From the NCBI GenBank assembly GCA_963817485.1, contig CAWFOR010000026.1, positions 168,898 to 232,897 on the forward strand: a stretch of 64,000 nt of DNA, read 5' to 3'. A program made the position numbers and the translations under genes. Source of the DNA: an uncultured Alphaproteobacteria bacterium. GTDB taxonomy: Bacteria > Pseudomonadota > Alphaproteobacteria > Rhizobiales > Hyphomicrobiaceae. The stretch's first letter is position 1. Each line of letters opens with the position of its first letter. Shown here in pieces: positions 9,399-18,716 of the stretch. The notes below the pieces were generated by a model. That model did no database searches and had not been told where the DNA came from. It saw only the letters and a list, made by a program, of their open reading frames with translations.

Positions 9399-10523
9399 AT
9401 GACGCGCCCCATGCTGCGCCCCGCGACCCGCCGTGCCGCCGCCTGCCTCGCTGCCGGACTGCTGCTGACCGTGCCGGCGCTGGCCTGCACCGACGTACGC
9501 CTCATCGCGGCCGACGGCACTCCCTTCACGGTGCGCACCATGGAGTTTGCCGCCGATCTCCAGAGCGATGCCGTGATTATGCCGCGCGGGCGCTCATTCA
9601 CTTCGCCGGGCCCTAAGGCGAGCGGCCTCACCTGGACGTCGAAGTACGGCTACGTGTTTATGAGCGCCTACGGCCAGCCGGCGGTCACCGACGGGCTCAA
9701 CGAGAAGGGTCTCGGCTTCGGCGCGCTCTACCTGCCGGGCGAGACTGAGTACGAGACGGTGAAGCCCGGCGAGGAAAGCCGCGCGCTCTCCAACATCCAG
9801 TTCGGGGCCTGGGCGCTGGGCAACTTCGCAACCGTGGACGAAGTGCGTGATGCGGTGAAGGACGTCCGCGTGTGGGCCGAGTTCGTGCCGCAGCTCGGCT
9901 CCTTCTCGCCGCTGCACTATTCGTTCCACGACGCTTCGGGCAAAAGCCTCGTCATCGAGTACGTCGGCGGCACCGTGCACGTCTACGACAACAAGATCGG
10001 CGTGTTGACCAACTCGCCGACCTACGAGTGGCACATGCAGAACCTGCGCAACTACGTCAACCTGACGGCCGAGAACGCTGCGCCCGTGAAGCTCGGCAAC
10101 ACGACCTACGCCGGCACGGGCCAGGGCTCCGGCCTGCACGGGTTGCCCGGCGATCCCACCCCGCCCTCGCGCTTCGTCATGGCGGCGGCAACGTCCTACC
10201 TCGCCGACAAGCCGAAGGACGCGACCGCCGCGCTCACGCTCGCTCAGCACCTGATCGACCGCGTCGACATCCCCAAGGGGCTCGTGCGCGACTACTCGCA
10301 GGGCGGCAAGCCGATGGGCGACTACACGCAGTGGACCGTGTTCCGCGACCACGCCAACAAGGTCTATTTCTGGCGCAGCTACGACGACACCGGCCTCAAG
10401 TCGCTAGACCTGAAGACGGTAGATTTCTCCGCCGGGCAGCCGATGCGCAGCCTGCCAGTCAACAGCGCGAAGCAAGCGGTCGAGACGCTGTCGCAGGCGC
10501 AGTTCGGGGCCGTGACGCAATAG
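9399..10523 (+). CDS. Choloylglycine hydrolase / penicillin V acylase family Ntn-hydrolase, exported
   Basis: Signal peptide ending ALA-CT places the catalytic Cys first. RTMEF, DGLNEKGL, LTNSP, LPGD...SRF motifs. Confidence 0.9.
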   Translation: MTRPMLRPATRRAAACLAAGLLLTVPALACTDVRLIAADGTPFTVRTMEFAADLQSDAVIMPRGRSFTSPGPKASGLTWTSKYGYVFMSAYGQPAVTDGLNEKGLGFGALYLPGETEYETVKPGEESRALSNIQFGAWALGNFATVDEVRDAVKDVRVWAEFVPQLGSFSPLHYSFHDASGKSLVIEYVGGTVHVYDNKIGVLTNSPTYEWHMQNLRNYVNLTAENAAPVKLGNTTYAGTGQGSGLHGLPGDPTPPSRFVMAAATSYLADKPKDATAALTLAQHLIDRVDIPKGLVRDYSQGGKPMGDYTQWTVFRDHANKVYFWRSYDDTGLKSLDLKTVDFSAGQPMRSLPVNSAKQAVETLSQAQFGAVTQ

Positions 10524-10607
10524 CCTCAGGCGGCCGGCTTTGCCTTCGCAGGGGCGCCGGGTAATAGTGTTACCCAGATCAGCTCTTGCGCCTGGGAGTG
10601 CGCGGCC

Positions 10608-12005
10608 TTGTCATTGCGCAGCCGCCTGCTTTTCTCGATCTTCGGTACGCTGCTCCTGAGCCTCGCGGCCGGGGCCGCGTTCACCTATTGGCACGCCGTC
10701 AAGAAGATCGAGACCGAGATGCAGGCCGCCATCGGGGTCGGCGGACGTTTTGCGCACAACGCGGTCGACGACGCCGAGGAGCCAATTAAGCCGGAGCGCC
10801 GCCTGCGCCTGCTCGTCGCCGACTTCGACGGCGATCGCCACCTGCGCGCTTCCCTGATCGTCGGCGGCAAGGTGGTGGGCATGTCGGATCTGGCCAAGCC
10901 CGAGAGCCCGGCGCCGGCGTGGTTCTACCGCCTGCTTGCCGGCGAACCGAAGGTGCTGAACGTCGAGCTGCCGCCGGTGTTTGCCGGCTACGGCAGTGTC
11001 GTGTTGCAGACCGACGCCAACAACGAGGTCGCCGAGGTGTGGAGCGACATCGGGTTGACGCTCACCGTGCTGACGATCTTCTGCGCGCTGGTGCTGGCCT
11101 TCGTCTACGTCACGCTGTCGAGCGCCATCCACCCCTTGCGCGACCTGACCGCGGCCTTCGCCCGCGTCGGCGATCGCGACTACCGCGAGCGCGTGCCCGA
11201 GCGCGGGCCCTACGAGCTCGTGCGCCTCTACCAGGGCTTCAATCAGATGGTGGAGGACCTGGCGCTCGCCGAAGCCCAGAACAAGCGCCTGCAGGAGCAG
11301 CTCGCCACCGTCCAGGACGAGGAGCGCGCCGACCTCGCCCGCGACCTGCACGACGAGATCGGGCCCATGCTGTTTGCCGCCGACGTCGATGCCGCCACCA
11401 TCGAGCGCCTCGCGGAGCGCGGCGAGTACGGCGGCATTGCGCAGCGCGTCGGCATCATCCGCTCGGCCATCGGACAGATGCAGCGCCACGTGCGCGACAT
11501 CCTCGGGCGCCTGCGCCCGGCCGTGCTGCTCGACGTGGGGCTCGCGCATGCCATCGACAATCTCGTGTCGTTCTGGGCCACGCACCGGCCCGGCCTCGCC
11601 TTTGACGTGCACGTGCCGGAGGAAGGCTTCGGCGAGCCCGTCGACGGCACCATCTATCGCGTGGTGCAGGAGAGCGTGTCGAACGCCGTGCGCCACGGCA
11701 CCCCGGCGCGCATCGACATCGCGGTCGATGCCGGCGCTGACCGCGCGATCGCCATCCGCGTCAGCGACGACGGCGGCGGCCTCAAGGGCAGCGGGCGCCC
11801 AGGGAGTCCAGGGAGCCCGGGGGTTGGCCAGGGCGGCGGGTACGGCATCATCGGCATGAGCGAGCGGGTCGCGAGCCTCGGCGGCACGCTGGAAGTCAAG
11901 AACCGTCCCGACGGCCGCGGCGTCGTGGTCGAGGCGCGCCTCCCGGCCCTCACAGCCACCCGCGCCGATCGCGCCGAGGCTCCACAAGAGATCGTGCTGC
12001 AATGA
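10608..12005 (+). CDS. Sensor histidine kinase (2 TM, HAMP, HisKA_3, HATPase), MxcQ/MxaY-like architecture
   Basis: EERADLARDLHDEIG, YRVVQESVSNAVRHG, DDGGG, GIIGMSERV. TTG start. Confidence 0.9.
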   Translation: MSLRSRLLFSIFGTLLLSLAAGAAFTYWHAVKKIETEMQAAIGVGGRFAHNAVDDAEEPIKPERRLRLLVADFDGDRHLRASLIVGGKVVGMSDLAKPESPAPAWFYRLLAGEPKVLNVELPPVFAGYGSVVLQTDANNEVAEVWSDIGLTLTVLTIFCALVLAFVYVTLSSAIHPLRDLTAAFARVGDRDYRERVPERGPYELVRLYQGFNQMVEDLALAEAQNKRLQEQLATVQDEERADLARDLHDEIGPMLFAADVDAATIERLAERGEYGGIAQRVGIIRSAIGQMQRHVRDILGRLRPAVLLDVGLAHAIDNLVSFWATHRPGLAFDVHVPEEGFGEPVDGTIYRVVQESVSNAVRHGTPARIDIAVDAGADRAIAIRVSDDGGGLKGSGRPGSPGSPGVGQGGGYGIIGMSERVASLGGTLEVKNRPDGRGVVVEARLPALTATRADRAEAPQEIVLQ

Positions 12006-12613
12006 AGATCCTGCTGGTCGACGATCATATCGTGGTGCGGGAGGGCGTGCGCCGGCTGCTGTCGGGGATGCAGGGCGCTTCCATCTTCGAGGCCGCCACC
12101 GGGCAGGAGGCGCTCGCCCTCTTCCGCAAGGAGAAGCCGGAGCTGGTGCTGCTCGATTTGAACCTCTCCGGCATCGGCGGGCTGGAGCTTTTGCGCCGGC
12201 TGCTCGCCGAGGACGAGAAGGTGCGCATCGTCGTCTTCTCCATGCACGCCGAGCCCGTGTACGCGGCGCGCGCGCTGCGGCTCGGGGCGCGCGGCTACGT
12301 CTCAAAGAGCGCCGGGGCGGATGAGCTCGTGACCGCGGTGAAGCGCGTTGCCGAGGGCGGCCGCTACGTCGAGCGCGAGATCGCGGGCGAATTGGCGTTT
12401 GCGCAGCTTTCCTCGGAGGACCCGCTGCAGCAGCTGTCGACGCGCGAGATCGAGATCCTGCGCCTGCTCGGCGAAGGCAACAGCCTGACCGAGATCGCGC
12501 AGGCGATCGGGGTTGCCTACAAGACGGTCGCCAACACCTGCTCCATCATCAAGAGCAAGCTCGGCGTCGAACGCACCGCCGACCTCATCCGCCTCTCGAT
12601 GGAACTGAAGTAG
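12002..12613 (+). CDS. NarL/LuxR-family response regulator, MxcE-like
   Basis: VDDH, LLDLNL, FSMH, GARGYVSK, HTH LSTREIEILRLL. ATGA overlap with the kinase. Confidence 0.92.
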   Translation: MKILLVDDHIVVREGVRRLLSGMQGASIFEAATGQEALALFRKEKPELVLLDLNLSGIGGLELLRRLLAEDEKVRIVVFSMHAEPVYAARALRLGARGYVSKSAGADELVTAVKRVAEGGRYVEREIAGELAFAQLSSEDPLQQLSTREIEILRLLGEGNSLTEIAQAIGVAYKTVANTCSIIKSKLGVERTADLIRLSMELK

Positions 12614-12763
12614 GGATTCTTTTCCGCAACGTATGAGCCTTCGTGCCGGTGGCCCTCGGGTTAAGGCCGCCCGCGGACAGGGGAATGATTGCCAATTCGA
12701 TCGGGAATAACTCCCATGGTCTCGGTTGCTCTCTCCGCCTAGCGTCCGGATGCCGCGCACTTG

Positions 12764-12817
12764 ACGCGGAAGGGAGCAAAAGCAGCTTCAGGGCCGCCTC
12801 CCTTCCGCGTATTTTTT
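12764..12817 (+). terminator. Terminator-like hairpin in the intergenic region
   Basis: Perfect 13-bp stem ACGCGGAAGGGAG (12764-12776) / CTCCCTTCCGCGT (12798-12810), then ATTTTTT. The loop is large (21 nt). Confidence 0.5.
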
Positions 12818-12919
12818 GCGGGCAAAACTCCCACAGCCTCCATACTGCCGACCCGCCGCGAGCGGTAAGGTTCCCCCGAATCGGGAAGGGCCGACAGGCG
12901 TCTGGCCGTTGAAGGAGGT

Positions 12920-13228
12920 TTGATGTCCATCCAACTCGGAACCATCACGGGCACGGCCGCCATCGTCGCAACCTTGGCCCTCGCAAGCCCGGCCGCGGCC
13001 ATCAACTGCCGCAGCGGCACCCAGCTCATACAGGGCACCTGGATGGCGACGCCCTATTGCCAGGATGCCCTGCTGGCTCAGGTCGGGCGGGAGAGCGGCT
13101 ACGCGGCCTCGCTCGAGAAGATCCGCAACAACCCCAATTACAAGAAAGAGCTTTGCCGCGGGGTGTTCACGGACATCCGCGTGACCGACACCTGCCTCGA
13201 TGCCGGCGTGCCGGAGTGGCACCGCTAG
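12920..13228 (+). CDS. Small secreted 4-Cys hypothetical protein
   Basis: GAAGGAGG RBS, signal peptide (SPAAA-INC), INCRSG...TPYCQD...ELCR...DTC. Confidence 0.75.
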   Translation: MMSIQLGTITGTAAIVATLALASPAAAINCRSGTQLIQGTWMATPYCQDALLAQVGRESGYAASLEKIRNNPNYKKELCRGVFTDIRVTDTCLDAGVPEWHR

Positions 13229-13232
13229 CGCT

Positions 13233-13646
13233 CTAGCCGCGGGCCCTGAGCGTCACGGCATCGGCGATGATGTCGGCATGGTCGAACGCGAGCTTCTCGC
13301 GGCGCCAATCCTCGACCCATTCGGCCGCCGCGGCGTCGTCGCCCGCGGTCGGCTTGGCGGTGGCGACCTGCGCCAGATAGGCGACCGAGCAGGTATGCCC
13401 GCGGGGATCGCGCTTGGGATCGGAGTAGACGCCGACGAGCTTCAGCTCGCGCACATCGATCCCAGTCTCTTCCTTGAGCTCGCGGCGGCAGGCATCCTCG
13501 ACCGTCTCGCCGACCTCGACGAACCCGCCTGGTAGTGCGTAATCGCCCTCGAACGGCGGACGGCCGCGCCGGATGAGCAGCACGCGGTCCTGGCTGTCAA
13601 AGACGACGCAGTCGGCTGTGAGCGCAGGTGTCTCGGGTCGGGCCAT
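13233..13646 (-). CDS. NUDIX hydrolase
   Basis: LPGGFVEVGETVEDACRRELKEETG Nudix box; RDPRGH; LAFDHA. Confidence 0.92.
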   Translation of the reverse strand: MARPETPALTADCVVFDSQDRVLLIRRGRPPFEGDYALPGGFVEVGETVEDACRRELKEETGIDVRELKLVGVYSDPKRDPRGHTCSVAYLAQVATAKPTAGDDAAAAEWVEDWRREKLAFDHADIIADAVTLRARG

Positions 13647-14102
13647 GGCGGGATCCTGGATGCAGGTGGGGCGAGGTGCGTCTTGAGCATAAGACGGGTT
13701 GGAGCCGGGGTCTCTCGCGTCGACCCCGAGCGCAGAAACTTATCCTCGCAGGCTGCGCCGGCGCCTAGCTTTGAGCGTTCCGCCTCGAGAAGAGGATGCG
13801 GCCGCGAGCTGGGCGGTTGCGGAGGCGGAGGCCGCAAAGACTGGAACTCGGTGCCCTTCAGCTGGACCGAGCGCAACCCGCCGGCTCGGTGGTCGTTGTG
13901 CATCCGGATGCGGCGGCGGGCGGCGAAGGCCGCTTTCACTCGACCGGAACGGCACTTGCCGCCCGTCCCCTCATCGATATGACGGGATTGCGCTTCTCCA
14001 GATTGTTTTCAACACGCCTTTGTCGCGCTGCGTCGCCGCGGGCGCACATGGCGGCCGACGAAATGACGTAAGATCGCGGGCGGCCGTAGGGCGAGGGGCG
14101 GA

Positions 14103-14747
14103 ATGCGAAGCCGGTTTTCGAAAGGGGCGGGAGGTCCGGCAGGGGCTGCGAGCAAACCCGCCGCGCGCCAGCCCGTACCCGAGGGCGAGACCCGGCTCGC
14201 GCCCGATCCCTTCACCGCCGTGCTGCCCGCACTTGCCGCGCTCGGCGCCATCGCCTCCATCGCCACCATCAACTGGGCGGCGCAGGAGCGCACGCCTGAT
14301 CGCGCCAAGTCGAAGCGCAAAGCCGGCACGGCACTGCGCGACCTCGAGACCTGCTGCCTCGGGCTGCAGGAGATTTTCCGCCGCTTCCAGCGCAACCCCA
14401 AGCTGTTTGCCGGCGAGGGCGCGCCGGCCTCCTCGCCGTTGAAGTTCGGCGTGCATGGGCCGCGCGTCGGCAGCGATGCCGCCCGCCTGTTCCAGCAGCT
14501 CATGAACGACGTCGCCTCGATGCTGGTGCTCGCCTCCCAGAACGCCTTCGACGTGATGAGCGCGGTCGAGGATGGCGAGATCAACCCGCCCGAGGAGCTG
14601 TTTTTCGGCTTCGGCGAGCAGCAGGAGCGCTTGAACAAGCTGATCCAGACGCGCGCAACGCTGAAGGCCTCCGTCGATACCGGAGCGGAGGTGGCGGTCG
14701 CGCTCACCGAGCTCGTGCGCGCCCTGAAGAAGCACCGCGTCGAGTAG
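14103..14747 (+). CDS. Hypothetical protein with one hydrophobic segment
   Basis: Coding-like codon usage; [19 protein letters not shown] followed by a helical soluble region. No family recognised. Confidence 0.7.
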   Translation: MRSRFSKGAGGPAGAASKPAARQPVPEGETRLAPDPFTAVLPALAALGAIASIATINWAAQERTPDRAKSKRKAGTALRDLETCCLGLQEIFRRFQRNPKLFAGEGAPASSPLKFGVHGPRVGSDAARLFQQLMNDVASMLVLASQNAFDVMSAVEDGEINPPEELFFGFGEQQERLNKLIQTRATLKASVDTGAEVAVALTELVRALKKHRVE

Positions 14748-14857
14748 GACGCTTTGCTCAGAGGTTGCGGGCGGATGCGGCCGTTGACAGGGGCAACGCC
14801 GGGGCTTCATGTGGGGCCGCACACGCCAACCGCCCCAGCGAAGAAAGCCAGTGCCCG

Positions 14858-15637
14858 ATGGTTCACTTCACGCTTCCCCGCAACTCCAAAGTCGAAGCCG
14901 GCAAGACCTGGAACCGCCCCGAGGGCGGCGGCGACTGGAAGGAGTTTCGCATCTACCGCTGGGACCCGGACGGTGAGGGAAACCCGCGCCTCGATACCTA
15001 TTGGGTCGACACCGCCCGTTGCGGGCCGATGGTCCTCGACGCGCTGATCAAGATCAAGAACGAGATCGACCCCACGCTCACCTTCCGCCGCTCCTGCCGC
15101 GAGGGCATCTGCGGCTCGTGCTCCATGAACATCGACGGCACCAACACGCTCGCCTGCCTCAAGGGTTTTGAGGACATCAAGGGGGCGGTGAAGGTCTACC
15201 CGCTGCCGCACATGCAGGTGGTCAAGGACCTCGTGCCCGACCTGACCAACTTCTACGCCCAGCACCGCCTAATCGAGCCCTGGCTCAAGACCGATACGCC
15301 GGCCCCGCCGAAGGAGTGGCGCCAGTCGCACGCCGACCGCGAGAAGCTCGACGGCCTCTACGAGTGCATCCTGTGCGCCTGCTGCTCCACCTCGTGCCCG
15401 AGCTACTGGTGGAACCAGGACCGCTACCTCGGCCCGGCGGCGCTGCTGCAGGCGTTCCGCTGGGTCAGCGACTCGCGCGACGAGGCGACCGGTGAGCGGC
15501 TCGATACGCTGGAGGACCCGTTCCGCCTCTACCGCTGCCACACAATCCTCAATTGCACCAAGGCCTGCCCGAAGGGGCTCAACCCGGCCAAGGCCATCGC
15601 CGAGCTGAAGAAGCTGATGGTGGAGCGCCGCGTCTGA
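14858..15637 (+). CDS. sdhB: Succinate dehydrogenase iron-sulfur subunit
   Basis: [37 protein letters not shown]. Confidence 0.98.
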   Translation: MVHFTLPRNSKVEAGKTWNRPEGGGDWKEFRIYRWDPDGEGNPRLDTYWVDTARCGPMVLDALIKIKNEIDPTLTFRRSCREGICGSCSMNIDGTNTLACLKGFEDIKGAVKVYPLPHMQVVKDLVPDLTNFYAQHRLIEPWLKTDTPAPPKEWRQSHADREKLDGLYECILCACCSTSCPSYWWNQDRYLGPAALLQAFRWVSDSRDEATGERLDTLEDPFRLYRCHTILNCTKACPKGLNPAKAIAELKKLMVERRV

Positions 15638-15691
15638 AGCATCGCGGCCATGCGGCAGGGGATCAACGTCAACGTCCGGAGCTAGCGGAAC

Positions 15692-16075
15692 ATGCTCGAT
15701 CACATCGGATTTGGGGTCGCCGACTTCAAACGCTCCAAGGCGTTCTACACCCAGGCGCTGGCCCCGCTCGGCTATAAGCTCGTGATGCAGGTTTCGTTGT
15801 CGGAGGACGGCGAGGACGGATATGCCGGCTTCGGCGAAGACCGGCCGCACTTCTGGATCGGCACCGGAAAGCCGCTGCAATCGCGGCTGCACGTCGCCTT
15901 CGCGGCAAAGACCCGGGCCGAGGTGCGGGCGTTCTACGAGGCGGCGATTGCCGCCGGCGGTATAGACAACGGGCCCCCGGGCCTGCGCCCGCACTACCAC
16001 GAGAACTACTATGGAGCCTTCATCCTCGACCCCGACGGGCACAACATTGAGGCCGTGAACCACCTTCCCGAGTGA
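15692..16075 (+). CDS. VOC/glyoxalase family protein
   Basis: MLDHIG...FY...L..LG; HVAF.A; DNGPPGLRPHY; YYGAFILDPDGHNIEAV. Confidence 0.9.
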   Translation: MLDHIGFGVADFKRSKAFYTQALAPLGYKLVMQVSLSEDGEDGYAGFGEDRPHFWIGTGKPLQSRLHVAFAAKTRAEVRAFYEAAIAAGGIDNGPPGLRPHYHENYYGAFILDPDGHNIEAVNHLPE

Positions 16076-16111
16076 AATCGGCGTGGCCTATTCCGGCACT
16101 ATTCCGGCCCC

Positions 16112-16154
16112 AAAAAGAGAAAGACCGGCGGCGCGATACGCGGCCACCGGTCTT
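16112..16154 (-). terminator. Intrinsic terminator downstream of the histone-like peptide gene
   Basis: AAGACCGG...CCGGTCTT stem (16121-16154) followed on the minus strand by TCTCTTTTT. Confidence 0.65.
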
Positions 16155-16244
16155 GAAGGAGATGGTATCGGCGGGTGCTATGAGGCCCGCTTGCCGTCCT
16201 GCATCACGCGCTTCAGCCAGGCTAACTGCGCATGATCGGCTGCG

Positions 16245-16391
16245 TTAGGCAGCCCGACGCGTCTTCTTCGCCGCCTTGCGGGCGGTCTTGCGAACGCTCT
16301 TGCGAGCGGTCTTGCGTGCGGCCGGCTTCTTGGCGGCGGCACGACGAGCCGGCGCCTTCTTCACTTTCCGTTTCACTGCCCTCTTAGCCAT
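16245..16391 (-). CDS. Small Lys/Arg/Ala-rich histone-like peptide (48 aa)
   Basis: MAKRAVKRKVKKAPARRAAAKKPAARKTARKSVRKTARKAAKKTRRAA. AGAGGG RBS 9 nt upstream; terminator downstream. Missed by the ORF track. Confidence 0.75.
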   Translation of the reverse strand: MAKRAVKRKVKKAPARRAAAKKPAARKTARKSVRKTARKAAKKTRRAA

Positions 16392-16700
16392 TTGAGTCAT
16401 CCCTCTTTCTGGTTTGCTATCTCTCTCGTTCGAAGTTTCGAATCACCTTCGAACAAAAAAATCATGTGCAAGTTCGAAGATTTTGTTGACATCAAATTGC
16501 TATTTACACGTCGCAACACCGCGCATTCCAACAAACCTGTTGCGCGAAATCATCATTTTTCTCGTGTTTCTAATGCAGTGGCTCGTTGTCTGCATATTCC
16601 GCATCCGCTTTTCGCGAAAGCGCGCGAGCGCAATTGAGAGAGTTGCGCGCGCGAAATGCGGATGCGTGTCGAGCGGTGCCGCGGCTTTAGGTGCAATGCA

Positions 16701-17276
16701 TCACGCGGCTTTCACGACGCGGCTTTGCAAATCGAGAACCGCCATCATGTAGCCGAAGCGATCTTCCACCGCCTCGGCGAGCAGCGAGAAATAATTGGCG
16801 CGGTCGGGCACGATCTCGCCGACGACCTCGCCGTACTCGAAACGCAGCTCCGCCTCGTATTTGCGGGCGATCGTGCGCATCTTGCCGTTCTCGGCGAGGC
16901 AGGAGACGCACAGATGCTGCACGCCGCGATTGCGCGCGGCCCGGATAACGCGGCCCATGAGCTCGCTGCCGATGCCCTGATCCTGCAGGGTTTGCTCGAC
17001 CGAGAACGCGGCTTCCGCCTCCTGGCCCCACACGTCTCCGAGCTTCTTCAGCTCGGCGGCGGCGCGCACCTGGCCGCCCTCGAAATAGGCGTAGACGAGC
17101 GCACCCATCTCGGTCGTGCGCCCGGCATAATCCTCGATGAACGAGTCCGAGACGCCGTGCGCAAAGCGCAGGCGCCGGCTCATCTTGTCGAGCCGCAGAA
17201 GGTGGTCGCGGAACTTGTCGGTCTCCGTCGGCCACAGTTTTCGTATGTTTCCTCCCGAGAACTGGCGTTCATTCAT
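16701..17276 (-). CDS. GNAT-family N-acetyltransferase
   Basis: HLLRLD..SRRLRF, EAAFSVE...QDQGIGSELM, CLAENGKM. Confidence 0.85.
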   Translation of the reverse strand: MNERQFSGGNIRKLWPTETDKFRDHLLRLDKMSRRLRFAHGVSDSFIEDYAGRTTEMGALVYAYFEGGQVRAAAELKKLGDVWGQEAEAAFSVEQTLQDQGIGSELMGRVIRAARNRGVQHLCVSCLAENGKMRTIARKYEAELRFEYGEVVGEIVPDRANYFSLLAEAVEDRFGYMMAVLDLQSRVVKAA

Positions 17277-17576
17277 GACGAGAACCTCCGTTCCAGGGCA
17301 ACAGACGTTGACTTGCGCAACCGAACACCGGTGACGCCGCCAACAGCGACAGGGATTGTTTGTTGTTTGGGACGCGCCGAGCGCCCTCTCCCTTTTGCAC
17401 TGCACAATATGCCACCTACGTGGCAGAAGTTCCACCTCATGCGGCCGTAAGCAGCACTAAACGCCGCACGGTGGCGGGATTGCACGCGAGTTCGAGACAT
17501 TCGGTCGCGGCAACTTGCGTGCATGCAGGCGATCTGCGGGAAGTGCACCGTACGTGGGCGGGGAATCTTTGCGTCG

Positions 17577-18707
17577 ATGACTCAAAATGTGACCGGGCCC
17601 GTGTGTGCGCATCTGCGCGCGCAGATCGCTCAGGCCGAGCTCGATGCAGATTTGGCGCAGCTCGATGTTGCAGGGCGCCTCGATGATCTGCTGGCCCGTC
17701 TGCAGCGCTGGCAACCCAACCGCAATGGCTTGCGCGCATTGCTGGGCCGCGGCGGCCAATCGGCGCCGCGCGGTCTCTATATCTTCGGGGCCGTCGGCCG
17801 CGGCAAGACGATGCTGGCGGATTTGTTCTTCGAGCTTGCCCCGTTCGCGCCGAAGCTGCGGCGGCACTTCCACGAGTTCATGGCGGACGTGCACGAGCGC
17901 ATCGGCACGGCGCGCCACAAGGTCGACGGTGATCCTATCCCGTTCGTCGCCGAGGGAATTGCGCAGGAGGCGCGTCTTCTCTGCTTCGATGAGCTGCAGG
18001 TGACCGACATCGCGGACGCCATGATCCTGGGGCGCCTCTTTAAGCAGCTGTTCGAGCGCGGCGTTGTCGTGGTCGCGACCTCCAACTCGGATCCGCGTGC
18101 GCTCTACAAGGATGGGCTCAATCGCCAGCTCTTCCTGCCGTTCGTCGACGTGCTCGAGGCGTACATGGACGTGGTCGAGCTCGTCGCGGCCAAGGACTAC
18201 CGGCTCGATAAGCTTGCCGGCCTGCCGCTCTACTTCACGCCGGCGGACGCGCGCGCCACGGCCGAGCTCGATCGCCACTGGGACCGCCTCACGGGGCGCC
18301 ATCCCGGCCGCGAGGAGAGCGTGCACGTCAAGGGGCGGTCGGTGCGGGTGCCGTTGGCGTCGATGGGCATCGCCCGCTTCGACTTCCGGGACTTGTGCGA
18401 GCTGCCGCTCGGCTCGCTCGACTACCTGCACCTGGCGCACGCCTATCACACGCTTGTCGTCGACCGCATCCCGGTGCTGACGCGGGAGCGGCGCGATACC
18501 GCGCGGCGCTTCATGAACCTGATCGACACCCTCTACGACAACGGGGTGTGCCTCATCGCCTCGGCGGAGACAGAGCCTGTAGGGCTATATCCGGACGGCA
18601 CCGAGACGGACGCTTTCCAGCGCACGGTGTCGCGGCTGATGGAAATGCGCAGCGAGGGCTATCTGCGCAGTCGGCACGGCGAAGTGCGGGGCCGAAGCAC
18701 GTCTTAG
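17577..18707 (+). CDS. zapE: Cell division ATPase ZapE (AFG1 family); exact start uncertain
   Basis: GLYIFGAVGRGKTML, HFHEFM, LCFDELQVTDIADAMIL, TSN, RRFMNLIDTLYD, FQRTVSRLMEM. Confidence 0.93.
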   Translation: MTQNVTGPVCAHLRAQIAQAELDADLAQLDVAGRLDDLLARLQRWQPNRNGLRALLGRGGQSAPRGLYIFGAVGRGKTMLADLFFELAPFAPKLRRHFHEFMADVHERIGTARHKVDGDPIPFVAEGIAQEARLLCFDELQVTDIADAMILGRLFKQLFERGVVVVATSNSDPRALYKDGLNRQLFLPFVDVLEAYMDVVELVAAKDYRLDKLAGLPLYFTPADARATAELDRHWDRLTGRHPGREESVHVKGRSVRVPLASMGIARFDFRDLCELPLGSLDYLHLAHAYHTLVVDRIPVLTRERRDTARRFMNLIDTLYDNGVCLIASAETEPVGLYPDGTETDAFQRTVSRLMEMRSEGYLRSRHGEVRGRSTS

Positions 18708-18716
18708 CTTGCCGCT

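Noticed and set aside
11795-11835. Short CCAGGGAG duplication giving GRPGSPGSPG in the kinase ATP-binding region
   Set aside because: In-frame low-complexity loop insertion; too small to support any functional claim.
13650-14100. 450-bp gap with several overlapping ORFs (for example 13442..13939 minus)
   Set aside because: No recognisable motif, RBS or coding-like codon pattern; left uncalled.
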